From the NCBI GenBank assembly GCA_973895155.1, contig OZ316891.1, positions 13,175,037 through 13,239,036 on the forward strand: 64,000 bases of DNA. The letters are read 5' to 3'. The notes under the pieces were generated by a model. That model was not told the DNA's origin and did no database searches. It saw only the letters and a list, made by a program, of their open reading frames with translations. The stretch comes from Marsupella aquatica. Its lineage: Eukaryota; Plantae; Marchantiophyta. The position numbers and the translations under genes were made by a program. Below, piece by piece: positions 52,515-64,000 of this stretch (its first letter is position 1; every line of letters starts with the position of its first letter).

Positions 52515-53584
52515 TATTAGGAATTGACTCGAGTTCCCGACTATAGTGTTGTGGGTAGTTTCAATGATGTATGCAATGACCTGCACTAGACTTGACATTG
52601 CCCACGCTGTTAGCATTTTGAGTAGATTTATGGCAAACCTTGGTAAACTTCATTGGGAAGCAGTGAAGTGGGTTTTGCGATATCTGAAAGGTACTTTAGA
52701 TTGTGGGATTCTATTTGATGGTAAAGCAGACTCTACATTAGAGTTGGGAGGTTTTGTAGATTCAGATTATGCTAGTAACTTGGATAACAGGAAGTCTACT
52801 ACAGGCTATGTGTTTATGTTGGGTGGAGGTTGTACCAGCTGGAAGTCATCAACTCAATCCTGTGTTGCGTTGTCTACTACTGAGGCTGAGTACATGGCTG
52901 CCTGCGAGGCAACCAAGGAGCTGATCTAGCTACGGAGATTGGTGAGTGATTTGGGTCTTTTACCTGAAAGACCGGTGCTGCTGTGTGATAGTCAAAGTGC
53001 TTTGCATCTAGCTAAGAACCCTGTGTTCCACGCTAGGACAAAGCACATTGATATTTGTTATCACTTCATCCGTGAGGTAATTGAGACGAAGCAGATGTTT
53101 CTGGAGAAGGTGGCTTCAGAGGAGAATGCGGCAGATATGCTTACCAAAGTTTTACCTACCAGTAGCTTTAGTCATTGTGTGGATATTATTAATGTTAGGG
53201 CCAAACCGGAGACTATGTAGATATGTTACTTAGTTACATATTGTTTATCACCTGACTCATTGTGTGAACTGGAGTCAAGGTGGAGATTGTTAGGAATTGA
53301 CTCGAGTTCCCGACTATAGTTAGTTTGGCCTTACTAGGGTTAATTGAACCTTGGTTAGTTTAGGATAAGATCCACTTATTTAGGCCCACACATCTTAGTC
53401 CCCCTTGGGGGGTATAGGTTGGAGGGAGAGCATTCTCTCCCTCATTCTTCACATGTTCAATCTCATGAGCTATGGATCCTTCAGGAGTTTCTCCATGATC
53501 GTGGTGTCTTGTTGGTGTAGTGTGAGATTGAGTGCTCTCATGTTCCGCATTGCTGTCTAGTCTGGAGCTGACGGTTTTCCTACA
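52515..53584 (+). mobile_element. Internally deleted Ty1/Copia LTR retrotransposon: 33-bp 5' LTR stub, RT end/RNase H, PPT and a complete 297-bp 3' LTR (53288-53584)
   Basis: Copia RT/RNase H motifs: MYAMTCTRLDIAHAVS, DSDYA..RKSTTGY, ALSTTEAEY, HARTKHID, ADMLTK, with a stop at about 52927. PPT caaggtggagat precedes the LTR TGTTAGGAA...TTCCTACA. The same LTR start occurs at 52515-52547. The 5-bp TSD CCATC is at 52510-52514 and 53585-53589. Confidence 0.92.
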
Positions 53585-53592
53585 CCATCTTG

Positions 53593-53930
53593 CTCGGGGG
53601 GGGGTCACTTCCACGGACGTGGCACATCACGTGCGACAAAGTATAGGCCATTTAAATGGGTGTGGCGGAAGATTTCCAAAGTTTGGTGGAAGAACACATA
53701 CTTAGGGCATGTTTTATTGACTGGTCGACTTTAAAAAACACATAGGACTATTTAATTGTAAAATATACTTTATTTAAAGTTTTTAGGGGTTTTTTAATAA
53801 AAAATATCAAAATTTAAAGAAAGAAAGGGTTTTGCAAAAAAATAGTTTTCACTTATAAGTTAGGGGGGTCAAACCCTAAACCATCACACGTGATGTATGA
53901 CGCTCCATATAGTGACCCCCCCCCCCCGAG
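53593..53930. mobile_element. 338-bp MITE (G-tract TIR family, copy 1)
   Basis: TIRs CTCG(G)nTCACT and AGTGAC(C)nGAG. 8-bp TSD CCATCTTG at 53585-53592 and 53931-53938. Clearly homologous to 55989-56322. Confidence 0.92.
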
Positions 53931-55828
53931 CCATCTTGTTTCCACTGCTGGTTACCTAGGCAAACTAACTATAGTTAGCTTGAAAGGATTTGACGGACCG
54001 GGTTGACATCTGGCCAAGTATCTGGCCAGCTTTCACTATTAGATGGCGGTAAATCTCCTCTAACCTGATTGCAGCGCCCTTTTAAAACCGTGACATTGGA
54101 TTGGATCTCTTATTTTGCTCCTACTCCATGCCCTCCTGGTCTGCTGGCCCACTCCTCCATTGCCCTGGTTGAGGGTACATGAGATGAGGTGTTGAGGGGT
54201 TAACTTGAGGACCATACCAACAGCTACCAAAAGCCAGTCAAAGCCCCATGCAAAGCCACAAGATGTTGACAGTTGGATCATTCCAAATTAACCAAAGTCA
54301 CTTTGCTTAACTAATATTGGACAAAGGTGGAAATCCAGTATTCAAACTAAAATGAGTGGCAAAGTATGTCATTGGACAAAAAAGAGTCCCAATGGAGTAA
54401 ATATCATATTATCATTATTTATCAACTTTGAGCCTTCCAGCCATTTGAGATATTTCTAAGTACTTGGCAAGGTTGTTGGTGGGTTGGATGAGAGCTCATT
54501 CAAAATCAGTGAACTGAGGTGTCTGACAGACCTAGTAGGAAAATTTCTGGCATGCTTTATTAAATGTGAGTTGAAGATCATATATATAGGGAAAGGTTTA
54601 AAGTTTTGCTTTGCAAACATACTAAGTTGAATGTTTAGAAAACAAGCTACTAAGTTGAATATTTAGAAAACAAAAAAAGGGTGCTAGCACCAGCATTGAT
54701 GGCAATCAAGACACAAGTTGTGATTATAGGTGGCTTTACAAGGCATGAGGAGGCACTTGTGACTCTTTTTCACCAATTATACCAAACTGGAGGGTCACTA
54801 CTTGGTGTAAACATAGACTCCAGACCAAAGATCTTTTCGGCTCATTAAAGGTCCTAACTGTGCAACAAGTTGCATCCAAACTTGCGATGGGTTTTGTTAC
54901 CACTTCCACGCATCATCCGGTCCAGATCTTATCTAAAAAGCAGACAATGGCCCGGACTTTTTGTAAAGCCACCCTCACTGCAAAGAGAAGAGCTAACTAC
55001 AACAGCATATTAAGTGGAAACCATACCAGCTACCAAAAACAAAACCCCAGAAATCTAGATCACTCTTTCAAAACATGAACAAGTCATACTACTCCTTTGT
55101 GATCTTGCTAACTAATGAACAAACGTAGGAATTGGTTGGAACAATCCAAACTTAACTGCAGTATTGCACCCTTGTTACACTCTAACAAGGTGAGGAAGGA
55201 ATCACCATTTCTTGCCCCAATACTAATATCATTCCTTGAAGAGAACAGATCTTTGCACTCACAATCCAAACTAGTGGTGGTTTGGCATGGGAATGGAGGT
55301 GCAGCCAACCTGTCTGCACTACCCAATGCGCGCCTACAACTTAGACCATCTGCACCCATGCGGGCCATACTGGTCCACTATAAGCCAAAGTGCTGAGGCC
55401 AAATGGCGCTCGCCGGCCTGGGCACTAATTGCAGTGGGTAGGGTTCCCCACCCATCCTGCTAAATCCCTCCGCTATATTTTGACCCAAGTTCAAAACTCC
55501 CTGCTCCCGTCCAACTCCACTGTTGACGTACCCCACACAAAATGTTGAGTATGGGTGCTACTTGACGCTCGATGAGGCCCGGCCACCATAGCTGCAAAGC
55601 TTAATCGACTCCATAGTGCCATAGCTTTGATTGATACCTGACCACCATACCTGGAAATCTTTGATGCAATTTCAAGTCATCCATAGCTTCAATGATTGCA
55701 GGGATCAAAGTTTAATTAGGGCTGGGATTGAAATTTGCATTTGGAGCAGCAGTTCCTGTTCTATTTGGTGATCAATTTATGTCAATCAATTGTTGTCGTT
55801 GCATGCTGTTATTTTGCGATGTTCTCTC

Positions 55829-57451
55829 ATGATTAGTGGCCGACTCAATTGAATCAGCAGATTCAAGATGAATTGAAAGAATTGGAACACAAGCAGACTT
55901 GGTGGGAGCACACGACGATTTCTGGACCCCTGGCTCTCATGGAGTTCTACAAACGACACAGAAGCAAGAAACGAGGTGGATCTTTGCCCTCGGGGGGGTC
56001 ACTCCACGGAAGTGACACTAACATGCGACGAAGTATAGGCCCATTTAAATGGGTGTGGAGGAAGACTTCCAAAGTTTGGTGGAAGAACACATAGGACATG
56101 TTTTATTGACTGGTTGACTTTCAAAGAACACATAGGCCTATTTAATTATAAAAATACTTTCTTTAAAGTTTTTAGGGGTTTTTTAGTAAAAAATGACAAA
56201 ATTTAAAGAAAGAAAGGGTTTTACAAAAAACAAATTTTCACTTATAAGTTAGGGGGGTCAAACCCTAAAATGTCGCACGCGATGTATGGCCCTCCATATA
56301 GTGAACCCCCCCCCCCCCCGAGTCTTTGCCTAGAAAAAGCAAGAACATTGATCAAGAAAGAGAGCTTGAGCATGAGAGAATATGGAAAGACTATTTTTGA
56401 GAGAATCCAGTGTACACCGATGCCCAATTCAGGAGGCGCTATAGAATGAGAATACATCTCTTTTGGAAAATCCATGATTCAGTGTGTGAAGCTTGAAGGT
56501 CTGTCCCCAATACAGAAAATGACAGCAGCATTGAGACATCTTTCACCTGGAGTTTCAACAGATGCCATGGACAAATATTGTCGGATTGGAGAGACAACAG
56601 CTATGGATTCTTTGAAGAAATTTTATAGAGCTGTTCGTGAAGTTTTTCAATGGCAATACTTGAGGCAACCGACCAAGGAAGACATGGAGAGAACTGGAAA
56701 TCAATGAGGGGAGAGGATTACTTGGTATGTTTGCTTCATTAGATTGCATGCATTATGTCTGGAAAATTTTCCCTGTTGCATGGCAAGGGCTCTTCACAAA
56801 CAAGGACAAACAAAGATCAATTGTATTAGAAGCAGTTGCAGACCAGTCCCTCTGGATCTGGCATGCGCATTTTAGGCAACAATGATTTGAATGTTTTGGA
56901 CAGGTCTCCACTAGTGAACAATCTTTTGAGAAGTGAGGCTCATGAATTGAAATTTACTGTGAATGGATCATAGTACGATAGATATTACCTCCTCACTAAT
57001 GGTATCTATCCAGATTGGTTCATCTTTGTTCAAACTATAGCACTGCCACAAGGTGAAGCAAGGAAGTGGTTTGCCAAATGCCAAGAAGGTGCACGAAAAG
57101 ATGTTGAGAGAGCATTTGGTGTGCTACAAGCTCGTTTTAGCAGTATTCAAAATCCTGTTCGTATCCACAACCAAGTTGTGATCAAAGACATCCTTCTTGC
57201 TTGTGTCATTTTACATAACATGATAATAGAAGATGAGAGATTGGAGAATTTACCTCAGGAATGGGAACAACAGCAAGGACAGACTAGGCAAGGAGAAAGA
57301 CTTCACAACTACTTATTGGAAAGAATACTTGGCTGCCACTCAAGTCATTGAGGATTCAGAGACTCATTACATGCTACAAAATGATCTAGTTGAGCATGTG
57401 TGGGCTCTCAAAGGAAAAGGTCATAGATTTGATTATGTTGGTCAAGTGTAG
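55829..57451 (+). pseudogene. Harbinger DDE transposase pseudogene (frameshifts, stops, MITE insertion); 5' end approximate
   Basis: Motifs: RGGSLP, ENPVYTDAQFRRRYRM, GLSPIQKMTAALR, SLDCMHYVWK.FPVAWQG, LEAVADQSLWIWHA, NNDLNVLDRSP, QEGARKDVERAFGVLQARF, ACVILHNMIIEDE, LQNDLVEHVW. Confidence 0.9.
55989..56322. mobile_element. 334-bp MITE (G-tract TIR family, copy 2) inserted in the Harbinger transposase
   Basis: TIRs CTCGGGGGGGTCACT and AGTGAAC(C)nGAG. 8-bp TSD TCTTTGCC at 55981-55988 and 56323-56330. It splits the coding sequence RGGSLP|RKSKNI. Confidence 0.93.
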
Positions 57452-57899
57452 GGATTTTGTTTATTAGAATTACACATTCGCCCATGTAGTTGTTGCAGAA
57501 GAGATATATTGTACCTACAAATTGGAAATGTAATTGACTCAGCTTGACAATTTCACAATTCTGTCCCAATTTTGTCTCATCTCAGCATGCACATTGAGAA
57601 TTCTGGAATCTGCTCAAATAGAATTAACATTCCCAAGAAGTACATACAATAAAATCTGCCATGGGTCTCCAGCCAAATGCAAGACCATGGAAGTGACATA
57701 GCTACAAAAACCAGGAATGTGGGCTACAAAATGTCCACGGTCTACTACTCAATTGGACTGCGCAAGCATCCACCACCCTACTCAATCGGATTGCTCCGTC
57801 CTATTCCCAGCCCCCCTGCCAAATTGCCCATGAAATAATTCTCATTCTCGTCAGGGCTAGAGACTTCTGGAGTCTGGGCTGATTCTGGAACACTAGGTT

Positions 57900-58970
57900 G
57901 CTCAATGTCATTGCTAATTGGCACTTGAGGTGTGGTACTTGTACGTCTAGATGCTCTAGCAGCCTTGGCCTCTTCCTGCTCAATTCTCTATGCGAATTTG
58001 GTAAGCTCTCGGGCTCTACAAGCTCGAAAAAATTCTCTGCATTCATCATCCACATTTGCAGCCCTCATGCTAAACAAGTTATGTAGGCTTTGATCTTCCA
58101 AGATCTTCGTCCGTTTGGCGTTGGCAGTTGCCATATCCCGCTGTGCATATGCTGCAATGCGAAAAGAACGTACACTCCTCAGACTGACTTAAGCTTCTTG
58201 GCTGACTTGTTGCCAATTGGCCTATGCTGCGAGTTTTAGCTATATTCAACTCCATCTATACCTGAGTGACCTCCACCATGTTAATTAATGATTTCTGTTG
58301 GCGAATTTGGTGTTGTCTGGTGGTCCACCCTTCCCCTTGCTTTGAGATTTTCCCTTCCCCTTTGATGCCATATCCTCCACTGCCTGTGAAAATCGTGGGC
58401 AGTCTTTGAGCATATACGAGCAGTCTATGAAAGCAAACTCTTTCCCTTTTGCATTCTTCTGCTAGTACAATTCACGTGCTTTTTGCAAAGTATCTTCCTG
58501 ATTTGCACCCAACAACCTCAGGTCTTCTATTGCACCATATACTCCACAAAATTTTGCAACGCCACGCTTTAGGTCCTGCCACTTGCTTTCCAACTATCTT
58601 GCTCCCCTCTCTTGAGTCCTTTTGGTCAATGGTGGTTGTAGTGAGCAGCTACATGATCCCAAAATGCTGTGTTTTCTGCACCCATGACGGGGTCCTCCAA
58701 AATGTTCACCCATGACATGCATACTTGCTTCAACTCTGCATTTGCAAAATTCTGCCCCCAAGCACTGCTTCCGGCCATGGTGAACGATGTGCGAGACGAC
58801 ACGAACGGAACTGTAGCAACACGAGGATTCTGCAGAATGCCTGGCAGTGTACCGCAAGCACATTGCCAGCTCGCCTACTACCGATCGTCGGATCCAACGC
58901 CCTGCATTCAATCTCGGCCGTTCATTCTGAATGGAGATTCTTTGGCGGGCAAAGTCGGGGCCGCTACTGC
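57900..58970 (-). pseudogene. Harbinger second ORF remnant (Myb/SANT / NAM-associated-like); boundaries approximate
   Basis: Frameshifted fragments read EDPVMG..., FWDHVAAHYN, KEFAFIDCSYMLKDCPRF and RPIGNKSAK, which are typical of plant PIF ORF1 proteins. They converge on the transposase. Confidence 0.65.
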
Positions 58971-59484
58971 ATGCTAGGAATGGCGCGGCAGGGATTTGTT
59001 TATCCCAGCCCTGCCGTTTGGTGGAACCCTATTGTCGCTCCGTGGGGAGGCCGTAAATGGATTCCCTGGCGAAACCTGCATTTTTGCTACCGGCCACCTT
59101 GTATGGCGGACCGGTGCGGATGCTCTTACAAGGGGGGGATTAAGAAATAGTTAAACCACACCTGTCCATGTAAAAGCCTCATTCCTTTCCTGTCGTGAAC
59201 AATGTCTCACCATAAAAGATGGAGCAATTGTCAATAAAAGGTGAAGCACTCACCACCTTTGGTGTAACTCAAGCCCATTCTTGCACCTGTGAATTTAATA
59301 ATGAGAGGTGCGGGTGAGAGCTGTGGGTGACCTGTAACTTTTATAGGTGCACTTGTGATTTAAGGTGAACATGAAATGTCACATAAAGATAGCATAGTAT
59401 CATAGTATGGTTAAAGGAGATTCACTTGTTTTATAAGCAGTTTATATATGTCCACCTGCAGCGAAGGGTAAGGGTTGATGATAA

Positions 59485-59585
59485 CCGGTCTGACTCTGGT
59501 TGATTGGTCAAGGAGGGTACGGTATTTGGCTGATACCGATCTGACTCTGATTTATTGGTCAAGGAGGGTACGGTAATTTGACTGC
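59485..59585. repeat. ~51-bp tandem duplication
   Basis: ccg(g/a)tctgactctg..t.attggtcaaggagggtacggta occurs twice. Confidence 0.8.
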
Positions 59586-60938
59586 TGAGTTCAACGTATG
59601 TGTCACCGACCAAGCTGAGAATGGTGATGCGATTAATTTCATTCAGGGGACTCAACAATGTATCCAAACAGCCCCAGTTCATTGATACTACTTCTAGGGG
59701 GAGCATCAGCTGCAAGCTTTGCGCAATTGCAATTATCATCGTTTCCCAGCTTGAACAAGGGTGGACTTACAGAAAGAGAAAAATTATGTGTGGATCACGT
59801 TCTGATGAATCATCCTCTCTTCAAACCCTGTAGAAATGTTTCAACTGCGGAAACAAAGCTTGGGAAGCACCACTTTAAATAAGACCGGTAAACGAAGGGA
59901 TTAAACTATCGGCAAGTGGAGCGTGGAGCGCGTGGAGGACTGGGGCTCCACCCAGCTTCCTGAACGTGACAATTGCACCAGGTCAGTTGCAACTGGGGAG
60001 TCTCGGATTTTAAGGGCAGCCATTTTTGATTGCTTCGTCAATGGTCTTACTCCCAGTTTGGTCAATATGACAATTGACTCCAATACCTTCCCTCACAGTT
60101 TGGATACTGGCAGATTCCTTGGATGAGATGTTGATTTTATTTGCTAGGCTAGTAAGATGGTAACTACGGTAGATGTTGCCCAATCAACTTCTCTCGTTGA
60201 TAAGAGAACCCTGGAGATCACTCTGGCTATGGAATCTCTAGATCCCTAATCAGAGAAAAGTGAAAACTAAAAACCTTGTGAGGCAAGAGCAAAGATAAAA
60301 CAGTATTATTTACATAAAGAAAACACTCAAGAAAGTAATGCATTAAGAAACGTGCACATAGAGATGGCGCAAGGAATCTTCCTTCTTTCTCATAAATAAT
60401 ATATCCAACAACGTGTTACATGAATGTCCTACCACACTACGAGGACAGCATTATTCGGTAGATTTCTCGTACACTGCTGTCAAAAAATGTTACATATTGT
60501 GTAGTACAAGAGGTCTGTGGTTCTAGCCTTCGACTCCGTCTGAAAGGAGACTACCACCGCACATTTTACCACCTCAATTTTTTTTCGAGTAAAAGAATTT
60601 GTTGCTACCTGTCTGCGTCAAAGTGGTCTGGTTTATTCCAAAGACACTCTACAGCATAAATACTTACCGACCGTAAAGAATAGGTAGACATAATGATCCA
60701 CCACAATGGGGGTCACATCTCCAAAATGTGACACAAACTTCCATTTTATGTGTAAGCCCTAGCCCACAAAGATCTTGTTCCTTTTCACAATACATCTTGA
60801 CGTGGCAGAAAGATGACATGAACCCGCCTCTTGCAACAGGCACGGTCATATCCACCATATCATTGCTTTCTTTCAAGAGTCCAAGTGATACGAATTTCGA
60901 TGCCAACCCTTACAAGCGTGCTGGTACAATCCGTATCA

Positions 60939-62706
<1,768 letters not shown>

Positions 62707-63600
62707 TGCGGACCCTCGGCCACTTCCTTTGCCACTCCTGAGCAGCCGAGCGCTCACGAGACCAAGCGGCCAGAGGATGCGATCGAGGCTAAACCTGCTC
62801 CCACCAGGACTGCGTGACTGGATGAATTGTGAAATAGACGAAGCAGAACGGGGAGAGGGTGCCAGGGCTCTACTCTACCCCACAGTTCCTGGCGCAAAGG
62901 CACTCCAATTCCGGTCCACTACATTGTCAGTCACACACGCAACGCCTTCATCAGACACAGAATGTCGCTCTCACAAGTGACTGCAGCGACCGACTACCGA
63001 TTGCACGATAAAATCCAACCCCTGAAGCAACAAGTGCTCGAGCTCCGCCGCAGGCTCCTCCACTGCACACTACAGCAAGATCCTCCGACACGACGGAAGA
63101 GCTACTACTGTAGAGCCAACAACTCTCGGCGAGAAAGCAAACTGACTGCAATGGGCGGACGAGCACAAGTTGTGTGACTGGGTCTCATTCGCCAAGACCC
63201 AACAATTTCCCGACGCTTCTTTGCAATAAAAGGGGAGAGCATTCCTTCATTTTCTTTCACGGTGAATGGAGCAGCCTCGTCGTCCTGTGGCGGCAGCGGC
63301 AGCGGCAGAGGATTTCTACAAGCACATGAGGGATCGTGGAGTCTTCACTCTGGATCGAGGACTCTGCGGTAGAGAACCAGTGCAGCTTGTTTTCGTCGTC
63401 ATAATGAACGACTGACTGCACTGACGAAAAGGGAGTCTCTCGGCGACATGGGCACTTTTGCAGTCCACCAAGTGCGCGAGTAGTGGACGGTTGTGTGCTG
63501 TCTTTCCTGACGGGTTCACGCGATTGAGATTTACGTCATTGTGGAATGCTTTTTTGAAGAAAAATAAACATTCTATCATTTTTTTTGCGAACGCAGACCC

Positions 63601-63783
63601 ATCCGTCATTGGATAGCTTTTGGGGAGGCACCTGCTATTCCCGTAATCTATTGCCCAGAAGTATCCATCATTGGATAGCTTTTGGGGAACCTGCTATTCC
63701 CGCAATCTATTGCCCAGAAGTATCCATCATTGGATAGCTTTTGGGGAGGCACCTCCTATTCCCATAATCTATTGCCCAGAAGT
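63601..63783. repeat. ~60-bp tandem repeat x3, followed by a ~55-bp duplication at ~63887-63995
   Basis: atcc(g/a)tcattggatagcttttggggaggcacctgctattccc..aatctattgcccagaagt occurs three times head-to-tail. Confidence 0.88.
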
Positions 63784-64000
63784 AACCTGCACATTCTCAT
63801 AACCGCTTGCCCAAAAGGTAACTTATTTCTGGGCCAAAATTACTCACTATGAAGGAGGTCTGGTATGGGGTTCTAGCCTGAACCCGCCTCCGAGGAAGCT
63901 CAGATAAATTTTCCTGGTTGTCGCTATCACAGGGTTACACCCCTCCAAGAAAGCTCAGAAAATCTTCCTGGTTGTCTCTATGAGAGGGTTACAGGCTAGT

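Larger units (their letters stand above)
55344..59125. mobile_element. Degenerate PIF/Harbinger transposon with convergent transposase and Myb/SANT-like genes
   Basis: The right end ...GTATGGCGGACCGGTGCGGATGCTC is followed by TTA (59126-59128). The left end is TTA (55341-55343) followed by GACCATCTGCACCCATGCGGGCCATAC, an imperfect TIR. A TTA TSD is typical of PIF/Harbinger. Confidence 0.8.

Noticed and set aside
53870-53881. Telomere-like AAACCCTAAA in the MITE copies
   Set aside because: It is a single unit, not an interstitial telomeric array.
53961-53975. 15-bp inverted match (caaactaactatagt) to sequence near the Copia LTR start
   Set aside because: It is short, AT-rich and partly palindromic, and lies outside the TSD-defined element, so it may be chance.
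63601-63783. CRISPR-like appearance of three ~60-bp repeats
   Set aside because: The units are head-to-tail with no unique spacers, there are no cas genes, and the context is eukaryotic.

Overview
Eukaryotic land-plant nuclear DNA with GT-AG introns and abundant transposons. It looks bryophyte-like, but the species cannot be determined from the sequence. Four host genes are supported: a 3-exon BES1/BZR1-family transcription factor (+, 1887-5949), an EPFL4/5/6-type secreted peptide (-, 17746-19307), an intronless plastid S1-S1/EF-Ts-EF-Ts polyprotein (PETs; -, 24510-27998) and a 4-exon CoA-pyrophosphatase-type Nudix hydrolase (-, 60939-62706). The centre of the window is a complete 17,970-bp CACTA/En-Spm transposon (32363-50332; 29-bp TIRs, ACT target-site duplication). 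Besides TnpD- and TnpA-like genes, each with an in-frame TAG, it carries a co-oriented cassette of compact cargo ORFs: an EDM2-type atypical PHD-finger protein whose N-terminus resembles the histone H3 tail, a tandem-BRCT protein, an F-box protein and a Cys/His-rich ORF broken by a MITE. This is the best candidate for an undescribed system, possibly transposon-encoded chromatin or anti-silencing machinery. To the right are an internally deleted Copia element, a degenerate PIF/Harbinger element and two copies of a G-tract-TIR MITE with 8-bp TSDs. Family assignments come from motif recognition by eye; no database searches were run.
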